A stretch of 63,362 nucleotides of DNA, filler included, from Dimorphilus gyrociliatus (GCA_904063045.1; 5 parts of 5 records of this genome joined end to end with filler, not necessarily neighbours in it); one strand, 5' to 3'; positions 35,860 through 48,587 are shown, counted from the whole stretch's first letter. A program made the numbers and translations. The notes: generated from the letters alone by a model not told the origin.

Positions 35860-37445
35860 AAAATAAGCTATCTTTAATCAATGGTACACAGTTATCTAAT
35901 GGAATATACCTATATTTTGACACAGTTAAAAAACAATTGACAAATTTATAAAAGAAAATAAAAAGCAGAATATTTATTGCTTTGTCATTGATAAACAATT
36001 TTTTTCTAAAATGGTGGATACTCTTCATAGGCTGAAATAATTTTGTCTAATTGGTCCTAATGGAGCAGAATTATTAGCAAGTAACTTGGAAGGGATGGAG
36101 TGCAGGGGATAACATTCATGGGTTAGGATATAATTGATGTGAACACTTGAAAAGAAAATATGAAAGAACAGGTATGTAGTTAATATGGGGCCGACAGAAA
36201 ACGTCCCCAAATGAGATTTTTGAAAGCAACATTTCGGATTGAAAAATGGTTAGGAGGGGTAAAGTAGCTTTTGATTTATAGTTAGGGGGGGGGGGTTCCA
36301 TCTAAGGGTTAGGAGCAATCAAAAAGGTTAAGGAGAGACAAGGGCTAGGTTAGGGTTAGGGTTAAATCATGAATTTGGGGACGTTTTCTGTCGTATCCAG
36401 TTAATATTTACGAGATAGAAAATTTGTTGGAAAGTATATACCTGTATAAATTTATACAATAGTATATAACGTAGTGTCTTCTCATCCTGACTACAAGAAT
36501 TTAGTGGAGGATATTCTCTTATATGGAAAGGATGATGACGCACAGGAAAACAATGAAAGGACCTCCTAACAATATCTATTTGACTATGATTATTGACCTT
36601 TTCTTTATATAGGATTATTTGTGTTTTATTGACTGCATGCTATATCTATACTGTATATTGCTGTATTTTCCAATAATTTGGTTGCAGATATTGAGCTCAG
36701 TTCTAATTTCTTCCACGAGTCTAAAATCTGAATCTGAATTTATGATAGACTTTACTGTCTACATACCTTCTTCTCATTAAATATATTCTTATAAAATGAA
36801 ATTAGCACTGTTTCTCTCTTTAATTCAACATTTGACAGGTTACATTTTGGGTTGAAAAATTGTTGAGAGGAATAAGAGAGTGATAGATTTGTATTTAAGG
36901 GGTACCATCTTAGGGTTAGGGCTATTGAAAATGGTAAGACAAACCCAAAACTAGGTTAGGGTTAGAGAAAAAACAAAGATTTCTATATTGAAATATCTAT
37001 AAAATAATTTGCAGAGCATTGTTGCATAATTTTTTTTATGAATAGATTGGATTCAGTGGAAGGCATACCTTTCACTTACACCCTGAGAATATACAGATGA
37101 TATTGCTCTCTTATCTCACCCTGTGGACATTTTCTCTTATGGCGTTTTTCCTGCTCTTCATTCCTTCTAAGTTACTTGCTAATAATTCTGTTAAATTTCG
37201 ACGAATACTTACCCACAACCATGAGGCAGGAAAGCCCAATCAATTTTTTCCTTTTAAAAAATATTTCAGCCTATGAAAAGTAACGACCTTTTTAGAAAAA
37301 GATTGTTTACAATGACAAAGCAATAAATATCATGTTTTTTGAACTTGTTTTATAAATTTGTTAATGTTTTTAAATTTGTGTCAAAATATAGGCTATAGCC
37401 TATAAAATAACTGTGTAGTATAGATTAAAGGTAGGCTTATCAAAG
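35860..37445. mobile_element. Old foldback/MITE-like element with long diverged inverted arms
   Basis: ~35860-36120 is the reverse complement of ~37140-37445 in several blocks, e.g. CCTATATTTTGACACA, TATTTATTGCTTTGTCATTG, CATAGGCTGAAATA and CAGAATTATTAGCAAGTAACTT. Confidence 0.65.
36187..36398. mobile_element. Mutator-type MITE (212 bp) with 9-bp TSD
   Basis: TIRs GG(GGC/ATA)CGACAGAAAACGTCCCCAAAT; perfect TSD AGTTAATAT at 36178-36186 and 36399-36407; internal TTAGGG repeats. Confidence 0.9.
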
Positions 37446-37512
37446 AATATATAACAGGAGGATAATTGCTTTTTTTTTCATTTTAAGAAAAATATATGAC
37501 AACAAAAGAAAA

Positions 37513-39459
37513 ATGAAACAATTAATTGCATGTCTAGTTTGTGAGTAGTGTGTATATTTTTTGAAATAATTTAAAAATCATTTATATTTTCTTGTAGTAT
37601 TGTCATTCATCAATGAGAATAATTGCAATTTTGTTTGTCCCCTTGATTCTAATTTAGAACCAATTGATGGCTCATATCCTGATCCTGAATTTTGTGGTAT
37701 TTACTATCATTGTATTAATGGTACAGCCCATCCTCAACAATGTCCACCTGGTCTTTTCTTCACAATCTCTTTAGCAAATTGCAAATATTCATTGTGTGTT
37801 CAGCCCGATATGGCTGATTGTCCTGGCAAGAGTTTACAAACGCCTAATAAATTTGAAAAAGCTGTTGAATGTTCAGAAAAAGGTTATCTAGAAAATACAT
37901 TTAGCAAACCTTGCTTTATGAGAAATGATGATTGTCAAGATGGTAATAATGGAACATTCCCCAACAAAAATGATTGTAGACAATATTATCATTGTTTTAA
38001 TGGTGTTGCATGGCCACAGCAATGTCCACAGGGATATTTCTATGGTCCTTCATTGAATGTTCGAGAATGTTCATCGACAGTTTGTACAACAGCCGAAGAG
38101 TCTAAGTGTCCTATGGGAGGGGGATGGTCAGAATGGTCAACTTGGGGTGGATGCGAGCCAAATTGTGGAGATGGTTTGAGAACACGTTCAAGAAGTTGTA
38201 CAAATCCTCCACCTTCTAATGGAGGTGCCACATGTCCTGGAGATTCAGTTGATATTGAAATATGTTCCAATCCCCCATGTAGTTTAAATAAAAATCCAGC
38301 ATTTATGGTTTCTCAATCCAGGTCAACCATAATAAGGAGAGGAAAGCTGAGATGGCATAGAGTTAATCATGACAATGGCGATTTATTCAATGCAACTACA
38401 AATACATTAAATATTAGAAAGAGTGGATTTTATTTTATGTCAACTACGGCCACTACGCTTGGCCATCGAAATGGTTTGTCAATGAGAATAAGAGATTTAG
38501 GTCATCTTGTTGGCCTCTTTCAACAGATTAGTTTTTTTAGAGATACTAATTCTAGATCTGCAATATTTTCATTGACGCCACTTTCAAAGCCTGAAGTTTT
38601 TGCTGACTTTTCTGTATCAGTTGCAGGCAGTGAAAGAGGGGCTGAAACATCTTGGACCGGTTATCTATTTGAGTCAACTGTTGTCTTTTTTGTTGGGAGA
38701 AATCAAGATTTTGCCCTTTTGAACCAACCAATGCCATTTCTTGAACTAGTAACTCTAAGGGGTGCAGTTTTAAGTACTGATAGAAAAGATATAACAGTAT
38801 CGCAAAGTGGATGGTACTTTGTTAGTTTTGGAACAGGCTTTCTAAGTCGAAGAAACTGCGTTGTAACCTTGACAGTGAATGGCGCTTTGAGGTCAACAGA
38901 TAGGTCTATAGCAAAAGAGCACACATTGTCAAGGAATAATCATGCATCTAGAGGAGTAATTCTTGAACTAAATAAAGATGATAGATTGTCATTGACCTTG
39001 GCTCAAGGATACTCAAGATCTAGTCATTTGTTTACTTATGTAGCAGGATTTAAATTGAATGCAACTGTACAAAATCCAGCATTTTATGCCTATGGAACAA
39101 CAAATTTAGTTGTATCTGAAAGAGTAAAGATAGCCTTTGATCAAATTGTTTTAGATACAAATGCTGGTTGGAATTCTGCAGAAAATTCCTATGAAGTTGC
39201 AATTTCCGGTCTATATTATATAGATGTATCAGTTGGAACATGGCCAGAATCGCAATCCGTAATATACATTATGGTAAATAATGAACAGAGACTGGGCATG
39301 CAGAGACTTAGAACAAGGACAGGATACGAAAGTATGAGCAGGACAGGAATGCTATTACTGGAACAAGGTGACACCATCACAATTGAGACACGGCACAATG
39401 TTTACAGTGATTCTTGGAAGTTGACATCATTTGCTTGTATTTATGTTTCATCCTCTTAA
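37513..39459 (+). CDS. Secreted protein: signal peptide - 2x chitin-binding CBM14 - TSP1 - 3x C1q-like domains (629 aa; exons 37513-37540 and 37598-39459)
   Basis: A 57-nt GTGAGT...TTCTTGTAG intron joins [16 protein letters not shown] in frame. Peritrophin-type Cys patterns, [10 protein letters not shown]...TRSRSC and three C1q-type repeats (e.g. AFYAY...[15 protein letters not shown]...SGLYY). Confidence 0.9.
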
Positions 39460-40519
39460 TCATAGTTTCTCATGGATCAATTGCAATCCAATAAATGATA
39501 GACACAACACGCCTTCATTAGTGAATAACATTTTATGATTTGAAAGAAAACCAGTTGACACTACTCAAAACTAGTGTACAACTTTGGTTATATTTTACAT
39601 GCTTGAACTCTATTATTTCATGCAACATATACATGTACATCTTAAAACCTACGCAAGAAAATGCTATAACATTGGCCAAACATAAGTCTGATTAGTCAGC
39701 TTGAAGGCTCATCTTTAATTACCAATAAAGGTTTGGCCAAGTTATAATTTAATTAACTTGCCTAGGGTGTGGCCAAGTTATAATTCAATTAACCTTCCTA
39801 AATGTTGAACCTTGTAACATCCTGTTACTAAAGATAAATATGAACTACACATTTCGGCAACTGTAAAGTGATGATTGGATGTCAGAGACAAACCTCAAAG
39901 TATATAAATTCTCATTATTCTCATTTGGCATGCAGCTTCCATCTGGACCCAAGGACCTGGGAAAATCATCTGGAAACAACCTCCACTGGAACCATCCATC
40001 TACTCCTCAACATTGGAAGACAGTTTGGTAATTTGGCAACCTGCTATTACAAACTATCTACTCTGCTATTGAACTCTCATATTGTTACTTGCTTAAGTAT
40101 TATTATTGCGAATAAACCATTTTAATTTAAACATTTGTTTAAAGGTTCGAGTAGAACCAGTATTGTTATAACTTGCAAACGCATAGATTTTGCCAGCAAG
40201 AGCAGTACACTAGATCAAAACTTCCTCAAAATTATATAGTCTAAATTTGATATTCAAGTTGACCTATGATGATATGAAACTTTCTTGCCCACCGTAATGC
40301 TTGACACACATTCATCTTTCTCTCTCGTATACATTCATAATCATCAACACAGCTAACAAAGCAGTAGAATAGGATTATACAAATATAGTAGAAAGGATCT
40401 GAAATTGAAAGGATTCGCAGGGCAATTGAAAGGATAAGTAAAAAGTTTTGAAAATGTGTTTTTATTTTAGAAATAAAAAGAAATGAATATAAATTATTAT
40501 TTAAAAATGATAAAATAGA

Positions 40520-40790
40520 TTAATATTTGTTTTCAACAAAATGTGTACTTCAGTTTTAAAAGCATAACTTGGAACAAATCTTCTTAAGACTTCTGATGAC
40601 TTTATCTGCCCTAACTTGAAATTTATCAGCTTCTCTTTTTAGCTCATCTAAAAGTTTGTAAAGAGATTTGCTGTTTCCTACATTTAAATTCAATTTGTTA
40701 TGAAATCCTTTCACATCATTGTTGGTTCTTATTGCAACATCAAAAACAGACCATGAAAAAGGTGTGCATATTTAATAATCTATTCAGGTG
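40520..40790 (-). pseudogene. MULE transposase C-terminal remnant
   Basis: Minus-strand translation PFSWSVFDVAIRTNNDVKGFHNKLN. Confidence 0.7.
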
Positions 40791-40994
40791 TTTTCCGCGT
40801 AATTAATTATTATCCTTATTTAAATTATTAAAGTGATTTTTAACATGTCCTGTAGACAAATGTAATGAATAATATGCCTTCAAAGAGAGCATTTTCATTT
40901 TTATGGCTTGTTTTTTGCTTTATTTTCATGCAAGTTAAAAATATTAATTAAAGAAATGTTATATTTTTTATTTTTCATACAGGAACCACTCTAA

Positions 40995-41706
40995 TCACCA
41001 CACTAATATCTTTTTCGTAATATTTCCAATAGAAAAAATATCTCTCTTTTGGAAATGATCTTCAATTTTTACAAATTCCTCCCAAACGACAAAATATCTT
41101 TGACTTTCTTCCTGAGAAATATTGAAAGTTTTGAATGAAAAAATCATTCATATTGGAATATTTGAATGAACTTAAAATTTTACATCAAAATAAATATTAT
41201 CTATTGAAATTTCCTTTTTAAATGTTAAAGAATTGTTGTGGCAATAGCATATTCCAAAGACAATATCCTTTAAAACTTTTAAGCAATTGTAGCTTTTGGA
41301 AAAATCTTTTATTGTATAAAGACTTTTAAACTGTCTAATTGAATAAGGCGTCTTTTGAATAAGACAATTTTCTTGGGAATGAAGAAAGAATTTCAAAACT
41401 GATAAAAATATTTCTGTTATTAATTAAATAATTAATTAATTAAAAAATACCTCTTTCAAGTAAGTCATTTTTAGAATGTTCAATAAGCTGTTGTCTGTTT
41501 TGTGCAAAGAAAGAGAGATTGATAAATAGATAGATAGATAGAGGGAGAGAGAGAGACAGAGAGGAAATGATTCAAACCTTGTGAATTCAAGTTTTTTCCT
41601 CCGATCTTTAATAATGTTACTAATATCACCAGAAGAATATAAAAATGGATTAAGTATGGAATTAATTGGCAATAATAAAGCAACTATTATTGAGTAAGTG
41701 TCATTG
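40995..41706 (-). CDS. 3' exons of an LGR/GRL101-type GPCR (TM7) with a C-terminal kinase-like domain
   Basis: Exons 41706-41578, 41494-41451, 41398-41184 and 41111-40995 are joined by GT-AG introns of 83, 52 and 72 nt, all in frame. TM7 LLLPINSILNPFLYS; kinase-like DIVFGICYCH..ISIDNIYFD and RDIFSIG. Confidence 0.65.
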
Positions 41707-42039
41707 CTAAAATAAATATTCGTTATTGCTGATAAAGTTGCTGAAAGGAAAGAAATTAAGAGTGAAAATTGAACAGTTTGAATATGAAAAAAACCAAGAC
41801 AAACCGAGTATTGACATTGGAAGCCAACAGATCATATTTGTTAGAATGACAAAGATGGAGAAAGTCACCAAGTTTCAAATGAGGCAGTTTTGTGATGATG
41901 GCAATTTTGATAACTGTCAGATGAATGGAAATGAAATGAATGAAAGTTTAAATGAAGATGTGGTTATAGATGCAAATGAAGGTATGATGGATTCAAATGT
42001 GAATGATAATGGAATATTGAACAATAGAAATATTGAACA

Positions 42040-42350
42040 CTTGCAGGAAATTATCCATGACAACTTTCAAATAGTTAAAGGTGGAAGTCAAATGGGAAAA
42101 GATATTTTAATAAATGATGGATTTTCATTCACTGTAAAAGCTAAAACTTCAAAAGTATCATTTAGGTGTGCAGTAAGAGGACCAAAAAACAAAGATGCCC
42201 TGCAAGAATTCGCCAGCAAGGAAAAACATTCATCAAGGGAAGTTTAGAACATATTCATGGTAAAAATAACCACCTAACCAGTGACATCAGAATCAGAAAA
42301 GATTTGAAAGATATTTGTAAAACTGACACAAGTTCTAGTGGGAAATATTG
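42040..42350 (+). pseudogene. FLYWCH-domain N-terminus of a MULE transposase
   Basis: GGSQMGKDILINDGFSF...FRCAV(R)TKKQRCPARI...EHIH across a frameshift. Confidence 0.7.
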
Positions 42351-42479
42351 CAGTATATATTTTATTTTGTGATTGAAGCACAAAGCACAGATAAAATTAT
42401 TTGAAATTAAAAGTATCAATAATAATGCCTTTAGATCTAAACAAAATGACTATTTTTCAACAAATCAAACCATTCTGCT

Positions 42480-43010
42480 ATGATTGTAATACAAATATTT
42501 TCAAACAAGCATTGCTATAATTTTTTAAAACCATGCCGTTATGGTTATAACTCTGAAGGACTCTTTTTGTGATAATATATTTAAAATATTGCAAAGGCAG
42601 CATTTATCCTTTTTATAATCTGAAAAATTGTTCCAAAATGGAAGTAATAAATTTATTGGGTAATTGTTCGATAGGAAATGGATGAATAGACAGTTGTAAT
42701 GCACTTTTACAATCATCAAATAATTTAAAACAAATTGATTTCCGTAACTGTAGTCTATCTAAAAATCAATGTTTTCAAATTGGAAATATAGTGGAAATAT
42801 GTTCAAAAATGGAAGTAATCAATTTATAGGGAAATCGTAATACGGAAAGTGGATTGATAAAGATTTGTAATGAACTTGTTCATTCATTAAAAACTTAAAA
42901 AAGTTAATTTTAGTTTCTGTAATCAAACTGAAAATCAATGTAAACAAATTCGGAACATATTTGGAAATCCTCCAAAAATTGATCTAAGTTCATTTAAAGG
43001 TAGCTAAACT
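42480..43010 (+). pseudogene. RI-like (NLR-type) LRR gene remnant
   Basis: Repeated CSKMEVINL.GN...CN.L..S.N.LK.I.F..C.L units with stops. Confidence 0.6.
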
Positions 43011-45790
43011 TAACTTTTGGTTAATATAGAATTACTCTATCAACTGCAAAACATTCCTATTGCTGAACAAGTGAAGCTATTAATAATCATTTTTAATATA
43101 AATCCCTCTATTCTGCAAAGCTCTACTACCAATTACAAACAGATGTTTACAAACATCATCATATCTAACTTTATTGGAACTTTTTGACTTTTTTATAACA
43201 ATAATTCTAGATATCATAGGTGTACTTTCCTGCTGAGGTTGTAGGTAAGTACTGGTCCAAATAGAACCGAACCAGGAGTAAGCCACTTAGAAGAGAGATG
43301 TAGAATTGATGAAGGATGAATATAGAACCAAACTGTAAGAATAATATAACTGTATTCTAAAGTCATACTAGACCTGTTCACTAAGGGAGTTGATTCAGGA
43401 CTGAATGCCTGTTACTGCCTACGCCCTGCTTTTATACAATTCCTTATCAGTTGTTTATGCCTTGGCTGTCAACAACAAGGGTCTAACCCCAGATAAGGAT
43501 TGTTCACAACAAACAGGGTCAAGGGTTATCATATTATGCAATAGTGATGTAAACAACAACAACTTTGTGTAGGTTACCCGTCAAGGGTCAATTCTTACAT
43601 CATATTTATGTAAATAAACACTTGTTGTTGTCAACATGTTTGTTACGTAACGTCTTATCCTTTGCCTATAAAAGGGGTTGATTCTGGCAGTTGAGTACCA
43701 TCTACCCTAGAGGCAACATCTACTTCAACACTTCTACCATATAGTAAGTATCATTTATAAAATATCTATAAACTATAGTTCATAAGTGTACAATAGGATT
43801 GAAATATTTAAATTAAAGGTAAGCCTATTCTCAAAAGTTAGTATACATTCTTTTCACTTATCCAATCATTGTTTTTTATACAGAATCCAACCAAAAATGA
43901 AAGGAAATCAATTGCAGTGAACTGGTCAAATATTTTATTTTATACAGAATTCAGAAATGTGAAAGTCTTTTCCTTTATTATTTGTATGTCATTGTCATAT
44001 CATCACATTTCATCTATAGAATCACATAAATTTTTCTGGCAAGATAATAAATAATTAATAATAAATCTATAGAATGTAGTCTTTCTATTATAGACAATAA
44101 AACTTTGACATGCTTTTTTCGCAAATTCTGTTTTACTGTTTATATAGCTCAAGCATAAAATGTAATGAAAGTTGTACAATACTGTAGCATAGTTAAAAAT
44201 TTCTATAAGATGTGATACATTTAGCTAAGGCAAAAAGAATTATCACTTCGAGGTCCTCAAAAGGACAAAATCAGGGAAAAACCCATTAGATAGTATATCC
44301 CCTCACCAGTGAGTCAACAACTTAAAAAAGAAGAAACTAAGAATCATTTGTGACTGTACAGCTTGTCAACAAGGGTATAATCCTGAATTTTGCCATCACT
44401 GTCAGAGAAAATTATTGTGAAAATAGATTATAGTATTGCTTACTTTCAACTAAATGAACATATGGTTTTATCTGAAATTCAAGGATCAGTCCTAGACCTT
44501 GACACTTGAAATTATAAGTCAATGTATAATCCTCAGTGGACTGTAAAAAAAAGAGACAGATAATGTGTGAGTCACCAAGCTTGCATCAACAAGTTGTGAT
44601 CCTTGTTTTACTGCTGTTTCATCTGGTTTTGTTAGTGTAAACCTGTAAATGAAATTAGATTGAGAACAGTCATAATTTAATTGTAAATGAACAAGAAGAA
44701 CCTGTTTGTAGGAGCTGCAGTACCTTGCTTAAATTTGATAAAACGTTGTTGCTCATCTTCCAATATATGAGAGTAGGAATTTCAATATTAAAAAAAAAGC
44801 TTTGGTATGAGCCACATTAACTGTTAATGAAAAAACATCTAAGTTTAATTAAATACTGATTTTTGTAAAATTTAAACAAAATTCAGAAAAAGTAAAGCAA
44901 AAGTAGCAATTACTGAATCCTTCATGATGTCTTTGACACTAATTAACATTTTCAATATTTAAAGGTTTCTTGACAAAAATTCATTGTTCATTTGAGATAA
45001 ACAGTCTTGAAAACATTTCAGTTTCACTGAAAGAATTAAAAGCCTTTCAGGTTTAGCTTGTTTAGAACTAGAAACTCACTTTACTCAATACATATTCTTT
45101 AAACGAAATACTGGTGTTTTTGTCGAATAATTTCTACCGAAATTACATTTGTTAAGACTATTTTTGGATGAACTTGAAAAAAAAGGTTCTATTTGTTTGA
45201 GTACTTTGATAAGTTGGTAAATGATTGGAAAGGATGATTACAGTTGTGACGAACCAGAAATTCCTATAATTACAATACAACAAAGTACAGTTTATGGATG
45301 TTTTTGTCAGTTTATATGCGTTTTCTATCATGTATGTTTTCTGCCGACCCCTGAGCTTATATATCATTCAAATAGAAAATTATATCTTTTTTTACATGAG
45401 TGGTTTGCAAGTGTTTTGAAATCTATTTCTCATCTCTTCATTCTCAGTTAAATCATGTTTTACAGCTAATAACAATGTTAAAGAAGTTCTCGCAAATGTT
45501 TCCCTCTTTTACCACACAATTCACATCTCTTCATTTTGAATTCTTGTAAAATGTTTGAAGATATTGCAACAAGGGACAAAAACCTGCTTCTAAGTCATCT
45601 ACCAGAGGTAAGCTGAAAAACATATTAATTAGAAAATTTCTTTAAAAGCATGAGATTTATGACTAAAGTATGATAAAAAGAGCAGTAAAGAAATATAAAG
45701 TGATCTTATCAAAGTTTATTTCAGTGTAAAGTGAAATTTAAAATCCAATTAATCTTAAAAACTTGATAAGGAGAATAAACGAGAGAATGA

Positions 45791-46503
45791 TTAGAGACAA
45801 ACATTGATCAATTTTTCATCAGACGATAATTGAATTTCACAAAATTTTAAGTTTGGTGAAAAATTAGTTATGGTTATTTCACGAAAATTCTTACCAGAAC
45901 AAGTAAATTTACACAAATTACTCATAACATTTTCAATAGTACACAATTCCTTATAAGATGATTGAAGCATATCGACAATAATGTTCAGACATTGCTGATT
46001 ATCGCCCAATGTGAAAATACTTACTTCTATCAGAATATTTTGACTAAACGTCTCACTAGATGTGAAAATTACTTTTGTATATATTGGAATATCAGGAGTA
46101 TTTTCAGAGCATTCAGTATTTGTGTCGCCAAGTGACTGAACGTAATTTTGAATTGATGTATTAGCTAAGCAAATATCCGATATCGATACATTAAACAAAG
46201 CTGCAAATAGGGAAGAATTTTACTAATAAATAAATTTAGATAAATAATTGTCTCACTTACTTAGGCATATTGGTCGTTGCAGCACATTAAAATTACTGAC
46301 TGTAGTTAGAGCAGCTTGAATAGAACCCCCTCCCAGAAGTTGACAGTTTACCATTGGCATCTTCTGAAAATTTACAGAATAGCAATTTTTGTGCAGCAGA
46401 CATTGACTTTTGCATTTTTGCTCATTATTAGCAGTAGGCACATCTTTTATAAAACAGCCACAAGATCCTATAACTGTGTTTTCAGTTTTAATCCAGTTAT
46501 TGC
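45791..46503 (-). CDS. PAN/apple-domain protein (partial, spliced)
   Basis: CKSQCLLHKNCYSVNF...NCQL PAN motif; a 60-nt GTAAGT...TTTGCAG intron (46260-46201) joins it in frame to ORF 45791-46198. Confidence 0.65.
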
Positions 46504-46568
46504 AGCCTATAAAATAATGATATTTTTGCAGAGTAGACAGAATATTAATACAATTTTTAAAAAAAAAC

Positions 46569-46668
46569 NNNNNNNNNNNNNNNNNNNNNNNNNNNNNNNN
46601 NNNNNNNNNNNNTTAATTAATTAANNNNNNNNNNNNNNNNNNNNNNNNNNNNNNNNNNNNNNNNNNNN
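46569..46668. other. Artificial contig-joining spacer
   Basis: 44 N + TTAATTAATTAA + 44 N. Confidence 0.97.
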
Positions 46669-46821
46669 TAGATCTTTGATGCATTTTCCCTCCAAATGAA
46701 ATATTGTAGAAATACATTATACAATGCATTAAATAAGAAACTAACACATAAAATAGTGATTGTTTTTTGCCTCCATAATTCGAAAATAAAGTATAAAAGC
46801 AAAATAAGACACCCACCCCAT

Positions 46822-47721
46822 ATGTCAATTGATCAGCTTGAGCAGTTTTTACTGGACTCTAGTGTGAGTCAAGATAAAATAGTCAGATTTTGTATGCATA
46901 ATCGGCTATTGGTCCGTGAGAGAAAATGTCGTAAGTGTGGGCACAGTATGAAACTTGCAAAATTCAATAGGGCGACTGAAGGCTTAGCGTGGAGGTGTTA
47001 TAAGTCTTCTTGTGATAATTATAAAAAGTATGTTTCTGTTCGAGAAGGTAGTTTTTTTTGTGGGTTTAATGTTTCAATCAGGCTTATACTACGTATTATG
47101 CTTAAATACGTAGCTAGACAGCCTGTATATTCTATTAAGGATAGTCTCGATTGTGGTAAAAACACAGTTGATCGAGTTCTTAATAAGTTTAAGAGAATGA
47201 TTCCGATGGTTGACTTCTCTTCAAGTAAATTTGGAGGCCCGGGTACAATAGTACAAGTTGATGAAACCATGCTTAACTTTAAAGTTAAGTCACATCGTGG
47301 AAGAGCACCAGATAATCGTACAGATGCTCTTTGTATTGTAGAAACAAGAGGTTCTATAATTAGAGCCTTTGCAAGAGTTATCCCTAATAAAACACGATCT
47401 ACTATTTTTCCTATTCTTTTATCTCAAATTGCTCCAGGTAGCACTATTCACACGGATGAGTATGTTACATACTCGACTCTATCTGATGAAGGATATATCC
47501 ATGACACTGTGTGTCATAAATATGAATTTGTATCTATTAATGGAACAAATACACAGGCTGTAGAGTCTTTTAATAGTTCACTGAAAAGAGCAATAATTAT
47601 ATCCAAAGGGATACAAACAACTAATAGACAATTGTTCCTTAATGAATTTTGTTTTAGATTTAATAATAAAAATAGATTACCTGATGCAGTATTTGATTTG
47701 TTAAAAGTATTTAATTATTAA
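46822..47721 (+). CDS. Merlin/IS1595-family transposase, intact (299 aa)
   Basis: CRKC, SVREGSFF, VQVDET, IHTDEY, TVCH, NTQAVES; CCCACCCC directly upstream of ATG 46822. Confidence 0.9.
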   Translation: MSIDQLEQFLLDSSVSQDKIVRFCMHNRLLVRERKCRKCGHSMKLAKFNRATEGLAWRCYKSSCDNYKKYVSVREGSFFCGFNVSIRLILRIMLKYVARQPVYSIKDSLDCGKNTVDRVLNKFKRMIPMVDFSSSKFGGPGTIVQVDETMLNFKVKSHRGRAPDNRTDALCIVETRGSIIRAFARVIPNKTRSTIFPILLSQIAPGSTIHTDEYVTYSTLSDEGYIHDTVCHKYEFVSINGTNTQAVESFNSSLKRAIIISKGIQTTNRQLFLNEFCFRFNNKNRLPDAVFDLLKVFNY

Positions 47722-47818
47722 TTTTTTATTATTACAATCTTTTATATTTATTATATGCAGCTTTTTTTGTTGAGACAACAGCTTTGCTATAGTTATAGAT
47801 AATTTTTATTAAATTTAT

Positions 47819-47953
47819 TTTACTTCCCCAAATTTACACCCCTACATAATTTACTTCCCATATTTGCACCCCTATATTATTTACTTCCCCATATTTGCAC
47901 CCCTATATTATTTACTTCCCCATATTTACCCCCCTGGGGTGCAAATTTGGGGT
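47819..47953. repeat. Four tandem 30-31-bp repeats followed by an inverted partial copy
   Basis: TTACTTCCCCATATTTGCACCCCTATATTAT x4, then GGGGTGCAAATTTGGGG. Confidence 0.88.
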
Positions 47954-48192
47954 TTGATCCGAAAATCTTTGGTCACACCTTAAAGGTGAAATAAGAAAAA
48001 GGCACGGTGTTCAATTCAGCAATATAGATGAGTTTTTATTTGAGTTTATACTTCGAAAAAAATATTTACTCAATAGATATGATACAAATCTAAATACAAT
48101 TTTTATGAGAATGTTACAAATTGCATTTGAAACTTAATTTTATTAAAAAATTTTAAAAAATATTGTTTTGTATTTATTTATTAAGGATACCC

Positions 48193-48242
48193 CAACTGAA
48201 GTTCATGTAGCACACCCCTGGGTGACACATGAACTTCAGTTG
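48193..48242. repeat. Perfect 16-bp inverted repeat with an 18-nt spacer
   Basis: CAACTGAAGTTCATGT / ACATGAACTTCAGTTG. Confidence 0.9.
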
Positions 48243-48587
48243 CACCCTCATAGCGAACACAGATTTCAGCCTTTTGGGGGTCGTTTAGATGTTGAGCCAT
48301 TTAGGGGTTAAATATTAACATTTTTGAATTATAGTAATATTCTTTTAAGTAGTTTAGAAAACATGATGCATTTTTTAATCCTATCTTTCTGATTTTTTTG
48401 TCCCTAAGTGTAAAAATATGTAATATGACGAATAATATTGAAATTAAAAATTTTTCATTTTATAATATTAGATAATAATTAAGATAACATTTATTTATAG
48501 TCACTTAAAATTTAAGATTTTAAGGGGTGTGCATTTTTTTTCTGCCACCATTGTCTGTCGAGTGCTGAATCTTTTTTTAGATTTTTA

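Noticed and set aside
36340-36365. TTAGGG repeats as a telomere
   Set aside because: Only 2-3 units, and they lie inside a MITE bounded by TIRs and a TSD.
43300-43740. Possible solo LTR
   Set aside because: There is a GC-richer segment with a TATA-like box and TG/CA ends, but no second copy, PBS/PPT or TSD could be shown.
47819-47953. Possible CRISPR array (30-31-bp repeats)
   Set aside because: The units abut with no unique spacers, there are no cas genes, and the context is eukaryotic.
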